A stretch of 63,863 bases of DNA, filler included, from Chiloscyllium plagiosum (taxonomy: Eukaryota): assembly GCF_004010195.1 (NCBI RefSeq). It is 3 parts of one record of this genome, joined end to end, with 100 filler letters (N's around TTAATTAATTAA, not from the genome) between each part and the next. Parts side by side here need not be neighbours in the genome. Positions count along the whole stretch, not along the records: positions 1 to 28,382 come from NC_057711.1; 2 more parts are not named here. One strand, 5' to 3'. The notes under the pieces are model-generated. The model was not told where the DNA came from. It searched no databases and worked only from the letters and a program-made list of their open reading frames with translations. The translations under genes were made by a program, and so were the position numbers. Below, piece by piece: positions 1-12,310 of this stretch; positions within the stretch are counted from its first letter, which is position 1; the number at the start of each line of letters is the position of its first letter.

Positions 1-482
1 TCTGTGGGGGGCGTGTCAGCAGAATGCAGGTGAGTGGCGCTGGTGGGGGCGGAAGTGGTGTCAGACGTCACTGAGCGTGTGACATCAATGATGATTTGAG
101 GGGCGGAAGTATGATGCATGAGGAATTGTGAGGGGTGGAAGTGGCTGTGGGAGTGGCCATGATGGGAGCGGAAGTGACATCATCAATCAGCGTGGGGGTG
201 GCAGCTGCACCAGCCGCATGGCTAATGGCGTCCGAGCAGTTCCAGAGGCCGGGGGAATCTTCTGGAATGTTTGATGAGCGCTGGTTATGGAGGTGGGTAG
301 ATAAAAGTTTGTTGTACTTACAGTTTTTGATGTTTGAGATGGAGTTGAAATACTCTTTGTTGCGTGAAAGAGCAGAGTCATCAAATCAGTATGTTTTTAG
401 CTGCCAATCCAATAGCTGATGACATTATGACAAAAGACAGAAGAATGTTTGATCGTGTATGATTAAAGCATTTGATGTTTAT

Positions 483-586
483 TCTGGATTAGAGTGGTGC
501 TGGAAGAGCGCAGCAGTTCAGGCAGCATCCGAGGAGCAGTAAAATCCAGAATCTGGTTTCCAGCATCTGCAGTCATTGTTTTTACC
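483..586. mobile_element. Miniature Penelope terminal-repeat derivative with TSD
   Basis: Flanked by perfect 14-bp direct repeat CATTTGATGTTTAT (469-482, 587-600); two oppositely oriented pieces of the same repeat family. Confidence 0.75.
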
Positions 587-1349
587 CATTTGATGTTTAT
601 GTTAGCTCCAAACGTAATGTTGTGATAGAATGGGCAAGAGTGGAACACCAAACTCAGCCTTTGGGAAAATCAATTGAGGTGTCTTTAACAGAATTACATC
701 CTCTACCCAGAGGTTACAGGCACAGAGCTTCAAAGGATAAATTCATTTGAAATATTTAATAGTCTGTGTGAGGATGAGAATTTATCAAACTTTTTCAATC
801 CAAGAAAGATCTGACATTGGAACAGCTAATCCGATAGGCTCCCCAGGGTAGTCAGGGCCCCAAGTCGCTCTGTACTATGAGGAAACACTGGGGCGGGGGT
901 TCTGACCCAGCCAGATGGGGAGGGAAGCCTCCCACCAGGCCACCACAATCAAATAGGAATCTTTCTTTTCATTCACAGGATGAGAACATGGCTGGCTAGG
1001 TCAGCATTTATTGTCCATTTCTAATTGCCCAGAAGGTGAGAGAGTAAACCAGGAGATAATGAGAGCATTAACAAGGGCAGTACGTGAATCCTGGGTGATT
1101 TCCGTTGTCAGGTAGACTGGGATAGTCAGAGGGGCAGGGGATGCCAGGAAGGAGAATTTGTAGAATGTATTTGTGACAGTCTCTGAGAACAGAGGGCAGT
1201 TAGGAGTCACCCACATTGCTGTGGGCCTGGAGTCACATGTAGGTCAGACCAGGTAAGGATGACAGGTTCCTGCCCTAAAGGAATCACTATTGTAGGAGAA
1301 AAAAAAAGACAAGGAAAACTAACCTGACCAACAATTGACAGCTCTCCTG

Positions 1350-2660
1350 GATTTGATAGTTGCATCCTCAGTCTTTAAAAATAAATGGCTGCAGAAATAG
1401 TCGATGCATTGTTTATCATCTTTGGAACGCTCCTAGATTCTGGAAAGGTTCCAGTGACATGAAAAACCAAACTCGAACACCTCTGTTCAACATAGGAGAC
1501 GACAAAGAGCAGGACACTGGGCCAGTTACCCTACCATCTGTAATTGGGGAAATTGCTGCCATAGGGTGCAGTACCTTAGAGAACTGTAATACAATAAAGG
1601 AGAGTCCACATGATCTCATGAAAGAGAAATTGTCTTTGATAAAAATGTTTGAGTTGAGAATCTTACAAGGGTAGAAACAGCAGCACCAATACACAGATTA
1701 TTTGAATTTCCAATAGGCATTTGATAAGACACATGATGTTGGGGTTAATACATTAGTATGGATTAGAGGTTTGTCAAACTTACCTGAAATAGAGTTGGGT
1801 TAACTTGGTCATTTTCTGGTTGGTCAAGTATAACTAGCAGAGTGTTTCACAGGAATGAGTGCTGGGATCTTCTTTAAATTTATATTAACCCTATTGCTCT
1901 AATGACTTGTATGAAGAACTTGGGGCATTGAAGCTAAATTTGCTGGTGATCCAAAGATATTAGTAGGTAGATTGAGTGGACAGAAGTTTGGCAAATGGAA
2001 TATAATGTGGGAAATGCAAAGTTCTTCAGTTTGGTAGGAAGAAGAGAAAAGATGAATATTAATTAAGTAGGGAAAGATGGATATTGGTGTTCTCATATGT
2101 GAATCAGCAAAGATTGCCATACAAGAACAGCAAGAAATTTAAAAAGGCAAATGGAACATTGGCTAGGATTGCAAGGAGAAATGGATTAGAGAAGTGTGTG
2201 AAATCATTAGTACAGTTGTATGATGCATTACTGAGACTGTAGCCAGTGGATATTGTACAGGTTTGGTCGCCTTACCAATGACCAATGGATGTGCTTGCAA
2301 TTGAAGTGATTCTGAAATGGTTCACTAGGCTGACTTTTAGAACGAAGGAGTTGTCACATGAAGAAAGCTTGAGTAACTGGCTCTGTACTTGGAGTTGTGA
2401 AAATGAGGGGTGGTATCTTTGAAAGGTATAAGCTTCTGAGGGGGTTTGATAGGTTGGGTGCAGAACGAGGGAGCACAGTTTCAAAATACGGTGCCTCTTA
2501 TTTAAGATGGAGATGAGGAGGAATTTATTCCATCGGGATCATTGTTGTGTGGGGATGGGAGAATTACAAAGATTAATGAAGGCCAGGATTTTTAATATGT
2601 TTGAGGTTGTTAGATTAATTTTAATCTGCAGAGGTTATGGGGTCAGACAGAAAATGCCAC
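1350..2660 (+). mobile_element. Old degenerate CR1 LINE
   Basis: Decayed RT and 3' motifs (AKFAGD, QMEYNVGKC, EMRRN). Confidence 0.7.
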
Positions 2661-2669
2661 AACTGTATC

Positions 2670-4035
2670 AGCAATGATCAGAATGGCAGGGGGTGACCAG
2701 TGGGGTACCGCAGGGATCAGTGCTGGGACCGCAGCTTTTTACAATATATATTAATGATATGGAAGATGGTATTAATAGTAATATTAGCAAATTTGCTGAT
2801 GATACAAAGCTGGGTGGCAGGGTGAAATGTGAGGAGGATGTTAGGAGATTACAGGGTGACCTGGACAGGTTAGGTGAGTGGTCAGATGCATGGCAGATGC
2901 AGTTTAATGTGGATAAATGTATGGTTATCCACTTTGGTGGCAAGAACAGGAAGGCAGATTACTACCTAAATGGGGTCAAGTTAGGTAAAGGGGCAGAACN
3001 NNNNNNNNNNNNNNNNNNNNNNNNNNNNNNNNNNNNNNNNNNNNNNNNNNNNNNNNNNNNNNNNNNNNNNNNNNNNNNNNNNNNNNNNNNNNNNNNNNNN
3101 NNNNNNNNNNNNNNNNNNNNNNNNNNNNNNNNNNNNNNNNNNNNNNNNNNNNNNNNNNNNNNNNNNNNNNNNNNNNNNNNNNNNNNNNNNNNNNNNNNNN
3201 NNNNNNNNNNNNNNNNNNNNNNNNNNNNNNNNNNNAGCATGTTTCCGCTGATGGGTGAGTGCTGGAACCAGAGACACAGCTTAAAAATACGGGGTAGACC
3301 ATTTAGGACAGAGATGAGGAGAAACTTCTTCACCCAGAGAGTGGTGGCTGTGTGGAATGCTCTGCCCCAGAGGGCAGTGGAGGCCCAGTCTCTGGATTCA
3401 TTTAAGAAAGAGTTGGATAGAGCTCTCAAGGATAGTGGAATCAAGGGTTATGGAGATAAGGCAGGAACAGGATACTGATTAAGGATGGTCAGCCATGATT
3501 ATATTGAATGGCGGTGCAGGCTCGAAGGGCAGAATGGCCTACTCCTGCACCTATTGTCTATTGTCTGATTAAATGACAGAGTAGGATTTATAGGCCAAAT
3601 GGCTTTCTCTTGCTCCTGTTTCTTTTGAAGGTGGTTCTGTATACAGATGTGAGTTTCAAATCAATGTTTGTGGAACTTTCTTGCTTTACTTGTAGAGTCA
3701 AAGTCTTCTTAAATTGTAATTTTTCCTCAAACAAGTATTTTTAATGTTTACGAAGTATTATCCCGTTGTCATTAGGGTGAGAGGGGAAAGATATAAAAGG
3801 GACCTAAGGGGCAACTTTATCATGCAGAGGGTGGTACGTGTATGGAGTGAGCTGCCAGAGGATGTGGTGGAGGCTGGTACAATTGCAACATTTAAGAGGC
3901 ATTTGGATGGGTATATGAATAGGAAGGGTTTGGAGGGATATGGGCCGGGTGCTGGCAAGTGGGACTAGATTGGGTTGGGATATCTGGTCGGCATGGACAG
4001 GTTGGACCGAAGGGTCTGTTTCTATGACTCTATGA
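2670..4035 (+). mobile_element. Two CR1 LINE 3' fragments (2670-3566 containing a gap; 3773-4035)
   Basis: [37 protein letters not shown] and microsatellite tails. Confidence 0.9.
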
Positions 4036-4399
4036 CATTAGTGAATCAGTTGGACTTTTCCAACAATTGACAATTGACTCACGGTCATCATTAGACTCTT
4101 AATTCCAGATTTTTATTGAATTTAGAACTTGAATCTAGGTCCCCAAAACATGACCTGGGTCTCAGGATTAACAGTCCAGCGATAATACCCCGGGGTTATT
4201 GCCTCCCCTGTGTCATTGGCAATATTTTTAAAATTCATTTGTGGGATATGGGTGCCACTGGCTGGGACCAGCATTTATTACCCGTGCCTAGTTGCCCCTT
4301 GTGAAGGTGGGAGTGAGCTGCCTTCTTGACCCGCTGCAGTCTATGTGCTGTAGGGTGACCCACAATGCCCTGAGGGAGGGTTTTTGATCCAGTGATAGT

Positions 4400-5560
4400 G
4401 AAGGAACCCATCTGTTTGTATGCTTATAGGACAACTCCTCACCCACCAGACGGAAAAAATAATATCTCAGTTAGACAACACGAATGAAAGTGGGGTCACA
4501 GGACCACTGACAGAACTGGCACACTGGTGGAAGGTGATGGCTTAGTGGTACTAGTTTAGTGGCTGGACTGTTTATCCAGAAACCCAGGTCATGTTCTGGG
4601 GACCCAGGTTCAAACCTTGCCATAGCAGATGGTGGAATTTGAATTCAACAAAAAAAAACTGGAATTAAGAGTCTAATGATGACCATGAATACATTGTTGA
4701 CTGTTGAGAAAACCCATCTGGTTCACTACTGCCCTTCAGGGAAGGAATCAGCTAGCGTTATCTGGTCTGGGCTACATGTGACTCTAGACCCACAGCAATG
4801 TAGTTGACTCTAAACTGCCCCCTGGGCAATTAGGGATGGGCAATAAATGCTGACCTGGCCAGCGCCACCCTAGTGCAATGAATAAATAAAGAAAAAGACG
4901 GACTGGTGCCCAGTAACTGCTCCGAAGGCAGATAGAGAGTGAGGATTCTGTGTGGATCTCACTCAGTCAAACAGAAGAGTCAGGATGAAAATCCATCCCA
5001 TTTCACTCGTTGACAATCATTTGGCAAAGATTTCTCACAAAACTGGATGCCATCAGTGGGGTGCAGCAGATACATATGTGGCACACATGTGACAGACTAC
5101 ATATACCACACTGTCTAGGAGCAGCTGCTTTAACTCTCCTCTACGCTCAAGGCTTGGGTAGGGTAACATCTTGAATCCTGGGAAACAGATGACTAGCATC
5201 CTGCTGCATGGTCAAATATAGAAAGGAGAGGGGCAGAGAATCAAGGATGCGTTGAAAGCACCACAGAACACAGGCCTTGTACAAAACGAGGAAATATCAA
5301 CGATCTAGAATGAAGAATATGTCCCAAAGATACACCACCAATCCAGGGGAGTGATGAGGCCACAGTCAGTTTCCGTGGAAGCGGAATATGTAAATGATGC
5401 ACAGTGCTATCTCGGCCTGAAGGATCCAGCAGGAAGATTTATCCCCAACGATGTCAATCTTACTGAATCCATGAGAGCTTTTGATAAAAGGCAGAAGGTA
5501 TTACAGTCAGGAATTAGCTGCAGCTTCTGAAAAGGTTAAAGAGAAATTACTTTCTTCAAA
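4400..5560 (+). mobile_element. Degenerate Gypsy/LTR pol relic, interrupted by a SINE
   Basis: PKAD..FCVDLTQSNRRV..IHPISLVDNHLAKI..KLDAISG resembles the Gypsy RT N-terminus; stops and frameshifts. Confidence 0.55.
4530..4895 (+). mobile_element. Second tRNA-derived SINE family with CR1-type tail; other copies near 960-1290(-), 9040-9360, 11340-11630(-), 20318-20625, 26960-27330(-), 61825-62105, 62790-62940(-)
   Basis: tggcttagtgg...ggttcaaacc head, shared core ctacatgtgactccagacccacagcaatg, tail gggatgggcaataaatgc. Confidence 0.75.
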
Positions 5561-5579
5561 TGTTTTAGCGCATACAAAC

Positions 5580-6026
5580 CATAAGACTATCAAGAGTAGG
5601 CCATTCAGCCCATCGAGTTTTCACCACCATTCAATGGGATCGTGTCTGATCTGATCATCCTCAACCCCTCCTTCCTGCCTTTCCCCCATAACCCTTGATC
5701 CCCTCCCTGATTAAAACTCTCTCTGTCTCAGCCTTGAATGACCCAGCCCCGACAGCCCTCAGTGGGAAAGACTCCCACAGATTCACTCCCCTCCGAGGGA
5801 AGACATTCCTCCTCATCCCTGTCTCCAATGGGTGAGCCCTTATTCTGGGATGATTCCCTCTGGTCCTAGTCTCTCCCTCACAAGGGGGAACAACCTTCCC
5901 ACATCTCCCCCTGTCACATCCCCTGAGAATCCTGTACATTTCAGTAAGGTCACCTCTCATCCTTCTAACCCCCAATGAGCACCGGCCCAACTCACAAAGT
6001 GCCTATTTCTAACCTACTGGGAGTCT
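5580..6026 (-). mobile_element. CR1 LINE 3' end
   Basis: RRMRGDL..YRIL...LWESFP and 3' UTR. Confidence 0.85.
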
Positions 6027-6526
6027 NNNNNNNNNNNNNNNNNNNNNNNNNNNNNNNNNNNNNNNNNNNNNNNNNNNNNNNNNNNNNNNNNNNNNNNNNN
6101 NNNNNNNNNNNNNNNNNNNNNNNNNNNNNNNNNNNNNNNNNNNNNNNNNNNNNNNNNNNNNNNNNNNNNNNNNNNNNNNNNNNNNNNNNNNNNNNNNNNN
6201 NNNNNNNNNNNNNNNNNNNNNNNNNNNNNNNNNNNNNNNNNNNNNNNNNNNNNNNNNNNNNNNNNNNNNNNNNNNNNNNNNNNNNNNNNNNNNNNNNNNN
6301 NNNNNNNNNNNNNNNNNNNNNNNNNNNNNNNNNNNNNNNNNNNNNNNNNNNNNNNNNNNNNNNNNNNNNNNNNNNNNNNNNNNNNNNNNNNNNNNNNNNN
6401 NNNNNNNNNNNNNNNNNNNNNNNNNNNNNNNNNNNNNNNNNNNNNNNNNNNNNNNNNNNNNNNNNNNNNNNNNNNNNNNNNNNNNNNNNNNNNNNNNNNN
6501 NNNNNNNNNNNNNNNNNNNNNNNNNN
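6027..6526. other. Fixed-size 500-N scaffold join; also at 45701-46200 and 58997-59496
   Basis: Three gaps of exactly 500 N, unlike the irregular gaps at 3000-3235, 16798-16817 and 38726-38924. Confidence 0.9.
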
Positions 6527-6791
6527 ACCCTGTCTCCATTGTACATTTCCAGGACAGGGAAAGCACAGGGTTAGACACAGAGTAAAGCTCCCTCTACACT
6601 GTTGCCATCAAACACCCCCAGGACCGGGACAGCTTGGGGTTAGATACAGAGTAAAGCTCTCGCTATGCTGTCCCCATTAAACACTCCCAGGACAGGGATA
6701 GCACAGGTTAGATTTAGCGTAAAGTGTAATTTTTTGCCTCAGGTTGATTATGAGGTATAAATGGGGGAATAGGGGTTGGAATGTGATGTAC

Positions 6792-7012
6792 CGTCAATCT
6801 GTCGCTGCGGTAGACTGATGACAGGTAGCATTCCCGGTGAGTTCATCATCTTGGTGACCAGTGAGGTGTCCAGCTGCTCCAAACCAGGCCCAAACATGGC
6901 AAACCGCGGCTCTGCCTGAGAGACCAGTGAGTAGAACAAGGAGGTGACTGAGCTGTAGGCACTGGGGCGCACTCTCCTGTGCTTTCTGCCCTCGGGGCAG
7001 CTCGTTAAATAC
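6792..7012 (-). CDS. FBXO4: FBXO4 coding exon 3
   Basis: ggcAG acceptor completes the split GC|G codon; EPRFAMFGPGLEQLDTSLV...LPQRQIDG matches FBXO4; GTACAT donor. Later exons not found (500-N join at 6027-6526). Confidence 0.95.
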
Positions 7013-7243
7013 CTGCCCAGAAAGAAACAGCATTCCTGAGATCCTTGCACCTGGCTCTCCTGAGCAGTGTTCACCACAGGACTAATGCTTAAAGTGCAAA
7101 ACACAGCGAGGACAGGGAGCATTGGAAAACTGACAGCAAACAGTCAGTCACTCAATAGGAACGGCAAGCTCTGGTTTTGAAAGATGTAGATTCTCCAGCA
7201 TAGGAACAGAGTCAGGCCATTGAGTCTGTCCTACATTCACCCA

Positions 7244-7695
7244 AAGTTTGTGCGAAGATTTGTAGCTCGGGTGCTCGTTGTTGTGGTTCTGTTCGCCGAG
7301 CTGGGAATTTGTGTTGCAGACGTTTCGTCCCCTGTCTAGGTGACATCCTCAGTGCTTGGGAGCCTCCTGTGAAGCGCTTCTGTGATCTTTCCTCCGGCAT
7401 TTATAGTGGCCTGTACCTGCCGCTTCCGGTTGTCAGTTCCAGCTGTCCGCTGCAGTGGCCGGTATATTGGATCCAGGTCGATGTGATTCAACCAATAAGC
7501 ACATCGACCTGGACCCAATATACCGGCCAGCGCAGCGGACAGCTGGAACTGACAACCGGAAGCGGCAGATTCAAACCACTACAAATGCCGGAGGAAAGAT
7601 CACAGAAGCGCTTCACAGGAGGCTCCCAAGCACTGAGGATGTCACCTAGACAGGGGACGAAACGTCTGCAACACAAATTCCCAGCTCGGCGAACA
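7244..7695. mobile_element. Penelope-type fold-back element: 196-bp inverted arms (7290-7485 / 7500-7695) with a 14-nt spacer
   Basis: Arms are reverse complements with about 8 mismatches; direct repeat ACATTCACCCA at 7233-7243 and 7693-7703; hammerhead motif in each arm. Confidence 0.85.
7630..7669 (+). ncRNA. Minimal type I hammerhead ribozyme motif (mirror copy on - at 7316-7355)
   Basis: GCA-CTGAGGA-T-GTC.CCT AGAC AGG.GAC-GAAACGTC-TGC: CUGANGA/GAAA core, stem II, palindromic ACGU stem III, GUC cleavage triplet, GCA/TGC stem I. Confidence 0.75.
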
Positions 7696-7739
7696 TTCAC
7701 CCAGTTTGGATCCATTGACCTCAATGTACTTGTCTGGCA

Positions 7740-8820
7740 GAGTCATAGAGTCACAGAAACAGACCCTTTGATCCAACACGTCCATGCCGACCAGATATCC
7801 CAACCCAATCTAGTCCCACCTGCCAGCACCCGGCCCATATCCCTCTAAATCCTTCCTATTCATATACCCAGCCAGATGCCTTGTTGCAATTGAACCAGCC
7901 TCCACCACTTCCTCTGGCAGCTCATTCCATACACGTACCACTCTCTGCATGAAAACATTGCCCCTTCGGTCTCTTTTATATCTTTCCCCTCTCACCCTAA
8001 ACCTATGCTCTCTAGTTCAACACTCCCTCACCCCAGGGAAAAGACCTTGTTGATTTATCCTATCCATGCCCCTCATGATTTTATAAACCTCTATAAGGTC
8101 ACCCCTCAGCCTCTGACGCTCCAGGGAAAACAGCCTCAGACTATTCAGTGTCTCCCTGTAGCTTAAATCCTCCAACTCTGGCAACATCTTTGTAAAACTT
8201 TTCTGAACCTTTTCAAGTTTCACAACATCTTTCCGATAGGAAGGAGACCAGAATTGCATGCAATATTCCAACAGTGGCCTAACCAGTGTCCTGTACAGCC
8301 ACAACATGACCTCCCAACTCCTGTACTAAATACTGTGACCAATATAGGAAAGCATACCAAACGCCTTCTTCACAATCCTATCTACCTGCGACTCCACTTG
8401 AAGCAGCTATGAACCTGCACTCCATAGTCTCTTTGTTCAGCGACACTCCCGAGGACCTTACCATCCAGTGTACAAGTCCTGCTAAGATTTGCTTTCCTAA
8501 AATGCAGCACCTCACATTTATTTATCCAAACTCCATTTGCCACTTCTCAACCCATTGGCCCATCTGATCAAGACCCTGTTGTAATCTGAGGTAACCTTCT
8601 TCACTGTCCACTACACCTCCAATTCTGGTGTCATCTGCAAACTTACTGACTATACCTCTTAAGCTCACATCCAAATCATTTATATAAATGACAAAAAGTA
8701 GAGGACCCAGCACCGATCCTTGTGGCACTCCACTGGTCACTGGCCTCCAGTCTGAAAAACAACCCTCCACCACCACCACCCTCTGTCTTCTACCTTTGAG
8801 CCAATTCTGTATCCAAATGT
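7740..8820 (-). mobile_element. CR1 LINE 3' portion in FBXO4 intron 2
   Basis: [32 protein letters not shown], (CTATGACT)n-type tail. Confidence 0.92.
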
Positions 8821-8885
8821 AAGGGGGTGACAACTGCAGTATATCACTGGACAGGTAAACGAGCACCCGGGCTAATGCTGTCAGA

Positions 8886-9035
8886 TTCTAGATTAGAGTG
8901 GTGCTGGAAAAGCACAGCGTTTCAGGCAGCATCTGAGGAGCAGGAACCCTCAGATACTGCCTGACCTGCTGTGCTTTTCCAGCACCACTCTAATCCAGAA
9001 TCTGGTTTCCAGCATCTGCAGTCCTTGTTTTTACT
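8886..9035. mobile_element. Miniature fold-back element with TSD
   Basis: Hairpin (gattagagtggtgctggaaaagcacagc / gctgtgcttttccagcaccactctaatc); perfect 13-bp direct repeat TAATGCTGTCAGA (8873-8885, 9036-9048). Confidence 0.8.
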
Positions 9036-9945
9036 TAATGCTGTCAGACACAGGTTCAAATCCCACACTGGCCACCAGGGGAAGGATAATTCCTAACTCC
9101 AGGGTTCAAAGTATCCCAGTGATGGTCACCAGGAAACTATCACTGATTGTTATAAAAACACATCTGCATCACTTATTTCTGTTAGGGAAGAAAACGGCCG
9201 TCCTTACCTGGTCTGGCCTACATGTGACTCCAGACCCACAGCAATGTGGGTGACTCTTAACCACCCTGTGAAATGCCAAGAGAGACACGTAATTCAAGGG
9301 AAATTAAGGAGGTGCAATAAATTGCCAGCAAAATCTCAATCCCATGAAAGAATTAAAGAGAGAGAGAGAGAGAGAGAGAGATAGCACTTGCTTGCTCGAA
9401 AGTCAGAGCAAAAGCAAAGAGAGGGGCGTGTTGTCTGAAGTCAATCTGAGGACACTCAGGAGATAGAGTGAAGGGGCTTTAAAAGGACACTGGGAGTTTC
9501 ACCCCAGAAGAGAACCTGTTGTACTTTCAATTATTTGGCAGAACCAGCCTTTGCCCTGCCTGTTCCCAGCAGTTGGAGGACACCATCTGTTACACGAACA
9601 ACCCCTTTCAGATCATCAGCCCGGTTCGTCACGTGGCTCTGATACATTTCCTAGAAAAGGCACATGGTTGGGTTTTGTGTCTGAGACCCAACCACCTCAG
9701 CTGCTTCGTGAATGGTCTTCTCTCTATCAGAAGAGGGGATGCTCGCCAATGATTACACAGTATTCAGCATCACTAGTGACTCCTCAGATACTGAAGCAAT
9801 CCATGTTCAAATACAACAAGATCTGGACAATTCAGGTTTTTAAATAAAACTTCAACAAGCTTCAGCCATGGACTGCAGTGGCTCAAGGGAGCAGCTCACA
9901 TCACCCTCTCCAGGACAATCAGGGATATTGATTTACTGGATTGAA

Positions 9946-10736
9946 TGTTATAATATAGATATTATGTACAACATCATATAAGCCCATATACCAAGAAACA
10001 TATGGTTTTAAATCCTGGCCATTCTCATGGACTGATGTATCAGCGTAATATCAGAGGTTTCATTTAGATTTTATTGTGTGATGATGTTGTAGCTATAAGA
10101 GATTATTTTGTCCTTTTTTTTAAGTGAGGTATTAAGGCAGAAGGTACCAAACAATCTACCAAAACCACTAACAGTAAACAGCTTGCAAGGCCTTGGGTTT
10201 TTTTTTTGCCTAAGGTTGAAACAATAGAAGCAATCCAGATGGGTGAGGCCAGCTCTCTCTGACCAGGATTTCTAGTTTGCTTGTAGTTTTTGGTTTCGCT
10301 GTCAGCAGTTTCTGTTATGGACTTGAAGAAGTGGAAGCTGTTTTTCCCTCTCTCGACTGCAGCCGAAGGCCGAGGGTTCTCTCCCTAGGTTGCTGGATTG
10401 CATAGGAGACAAAATCTGCTTTTCTGAATTGGCCTTTTTGCCAAGAGTTTGTTTACGGGATGTTACTGTATTTGGAACAGTTATTTAGTTATAGTTACTG
10501 TTTCTATTGTTCTGTTCAGTTTTCTACTAGAGCTGTTATTTTAAGTTCTTATTTCTTTTGTTGTGTTTTAACTACAGTGTTTAAATAAATTGTGATTTAC
10601 TTAACGTCAAATAGTTTGACCAGTCACATTGCATCTGGGACCGATACTTTACATCTGCCTTTAATAAAAATTAAAAACTTAAGGTTTAGTCTACCCCCTT
10701 AAAGTATTTTGAGGGGTTCTGGTCTGGTCCATAACA
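9946..10736 (+). mobile_element. Probable solo LTR
   Basis: TGTTAT...ATAACA termini and internal AATAAA; no clear TSD, 5' end uncertain. Confidence 0.45.
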
Positions 10737-10886
10737 ATTGTCACGTGTACTGGTGTACAGGAATACAGCATTACAGACACAAACAGAAACAAAAGAAACA
10801 GTGAAGGGTAGGGGTGTCAGTGACCTGCAGTCAGTGGGGGGCAGGGAAGGTGACTGCAGTCTGATTTCAAACAATACTTCACTTAC

Positions 10887-11113
10887 GCTGTCATATAGTC
10901 CTGCTCCATGCTGTCAGTCAGTGATTTACTCAGTAATGCTGCATTCGGCAGTGACAGATGGTCGACAGAATTCCAGCGAGGGAGATCCCGCAGGAGGAAG
11001 TAACGCCACAAAAGGGGGTCACGAACTATGGCATTCCAGTAGCGACTGACACATCCAAGTTGGCACAGATCCCTGGGAGATAGTAAGCCCATAATATACA
11101 TCTGTACCTCTAC
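10887..11113 (-). CDS. FBXO4: FBXO4 coding exon 2 (F-box domain)
   Basis: ttacAG acceptor, GTAAGT donor; VEVQMYIMGLLSPRDLCQLGCVSRYWNAIVRDPLLWRYFLLRDLPRWNSVD matches FBXO4; ends in phase 2. Confidence 0.95.
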
Positions 11114-12133
11114 CTGTAACAGGAGCATAACAAGATCCAACTGCTGTTAAAGTTTCACCAGTTCAAGATAGGACCGAGAGGGCTGAGGTCAGGATTCCGA
11201 AAGGAACGGTGAGGATTGCAGGATGATTGAAATGACAGATGTCCTGCCTGGGGGCTTAAGGACCAATGTCGAAAGGCCAATTTCCAAATGGTCACAACAT
11301 TTTCAAGGTATGAAATCTGGTGTTCCTTGCCTATATAAGCCCATTATTTACTCGTTCATGTGATGTGACTATCTCTAGGATTTGTTCCCATCCCTCAGCA
11401 TTCAGAAGGTAGTTCAGTCAGCCACACTGCTATGGGTCTGGCATCACTGGTAGACCAGAGCAGACCAAGTAACAGACAGCAGATTTACAACCTTCAAGGA
11501 TCTGAGTGAACCAGCTAGGTTCCTGTGACAGTCAGCTTCATCATTCCACAAGGGTTTAAAATCAAGGTGTTCACTCCGTTCAAGTCGCACCATTTGCTGG
11601 AGTGGGACTGGACTGACTGAAGGACGGGCTTTCCACACTGCTGGGGAGAGGCAGCTTTACTCTGTATCTAACCCCGGGCTGTCACTGTCCTGGGAGTGTT
11701 TGATGGGGACAGTGTAGTGGGAGCTTTACTCTGTATCAAACCCTGTGCTGTCCCTGTCCTGGGAGTGTTTGATAGGGACAGTGTAGGGGGAGCTTTACTC
11801 TGTATCTAACCCCGTGCTGTCCCTGTCCTGGGAGTGTTTGATGGGGGACAGTGTAGAGGGAGCTTTACCCTGTATCTAACCCCGTGCTGTCCCTGTCCTG
11901 GGATGTGTTTGATGAGGTGGAGATGCAGAGGGAAACAGCAGCTTTAATCCTGCAGGCAAACCAGTGAAATGTTCGCAAGGAGGAATTTGTTGCTTTGAAT
12001 GGGGACAGACACTGGGAGTTATTACTCAGGGATGTGGAATCCGCACACAGACCAAACACAGGGGATGAATTCGCTGTTCCCTGGCCGTGGGGTGATGTAA
12101 GGACTGGGGTGGGGGCTCTGTGAATGTTCTCAC

Positions 12134-12310
12134 CGGTAACCTGTGCAGGATGTCCCCAGCTCCTTGCTCCGACTCTCTCCGGGAAAGGGCTTGCTCCTCA
12201 CTCCCGGCCCCGGGACTCCCCAGGTACCTCTCCCGGAGCTGCCGGAAACTCCCCCGGATAGTGCTCTCAATCCTGCTCCATTCATGTGCCCAGTCCCCAG
12301 AGCCGGCCAT
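12134..12310 (-). CDS. FBXO4: F-box only protein 4, coding exon 1
   Basis: ATG at 12310; MAGSGDWAHEWSRIE...DILHRLP (59 codons) ends at a phase-0 GTGAGA donor and joins exon 2 to give the F-box start LHRLP|VEVQMYI, matching recalled human FBXO4 LTRLPIDVQLYI. Confidence 0.9.

Noticed and set aside
1..6026. FBXO4 exons 4 onward
   Set aside because: No GIGSG/KFNILILY-like coding sequence found; this contig is mostly transposon relics and lies beyond a 500-N join
7309..7848. Mirror-image ORFs on both strands
   Set aside because: Consequence of the palindromic element, not a gene
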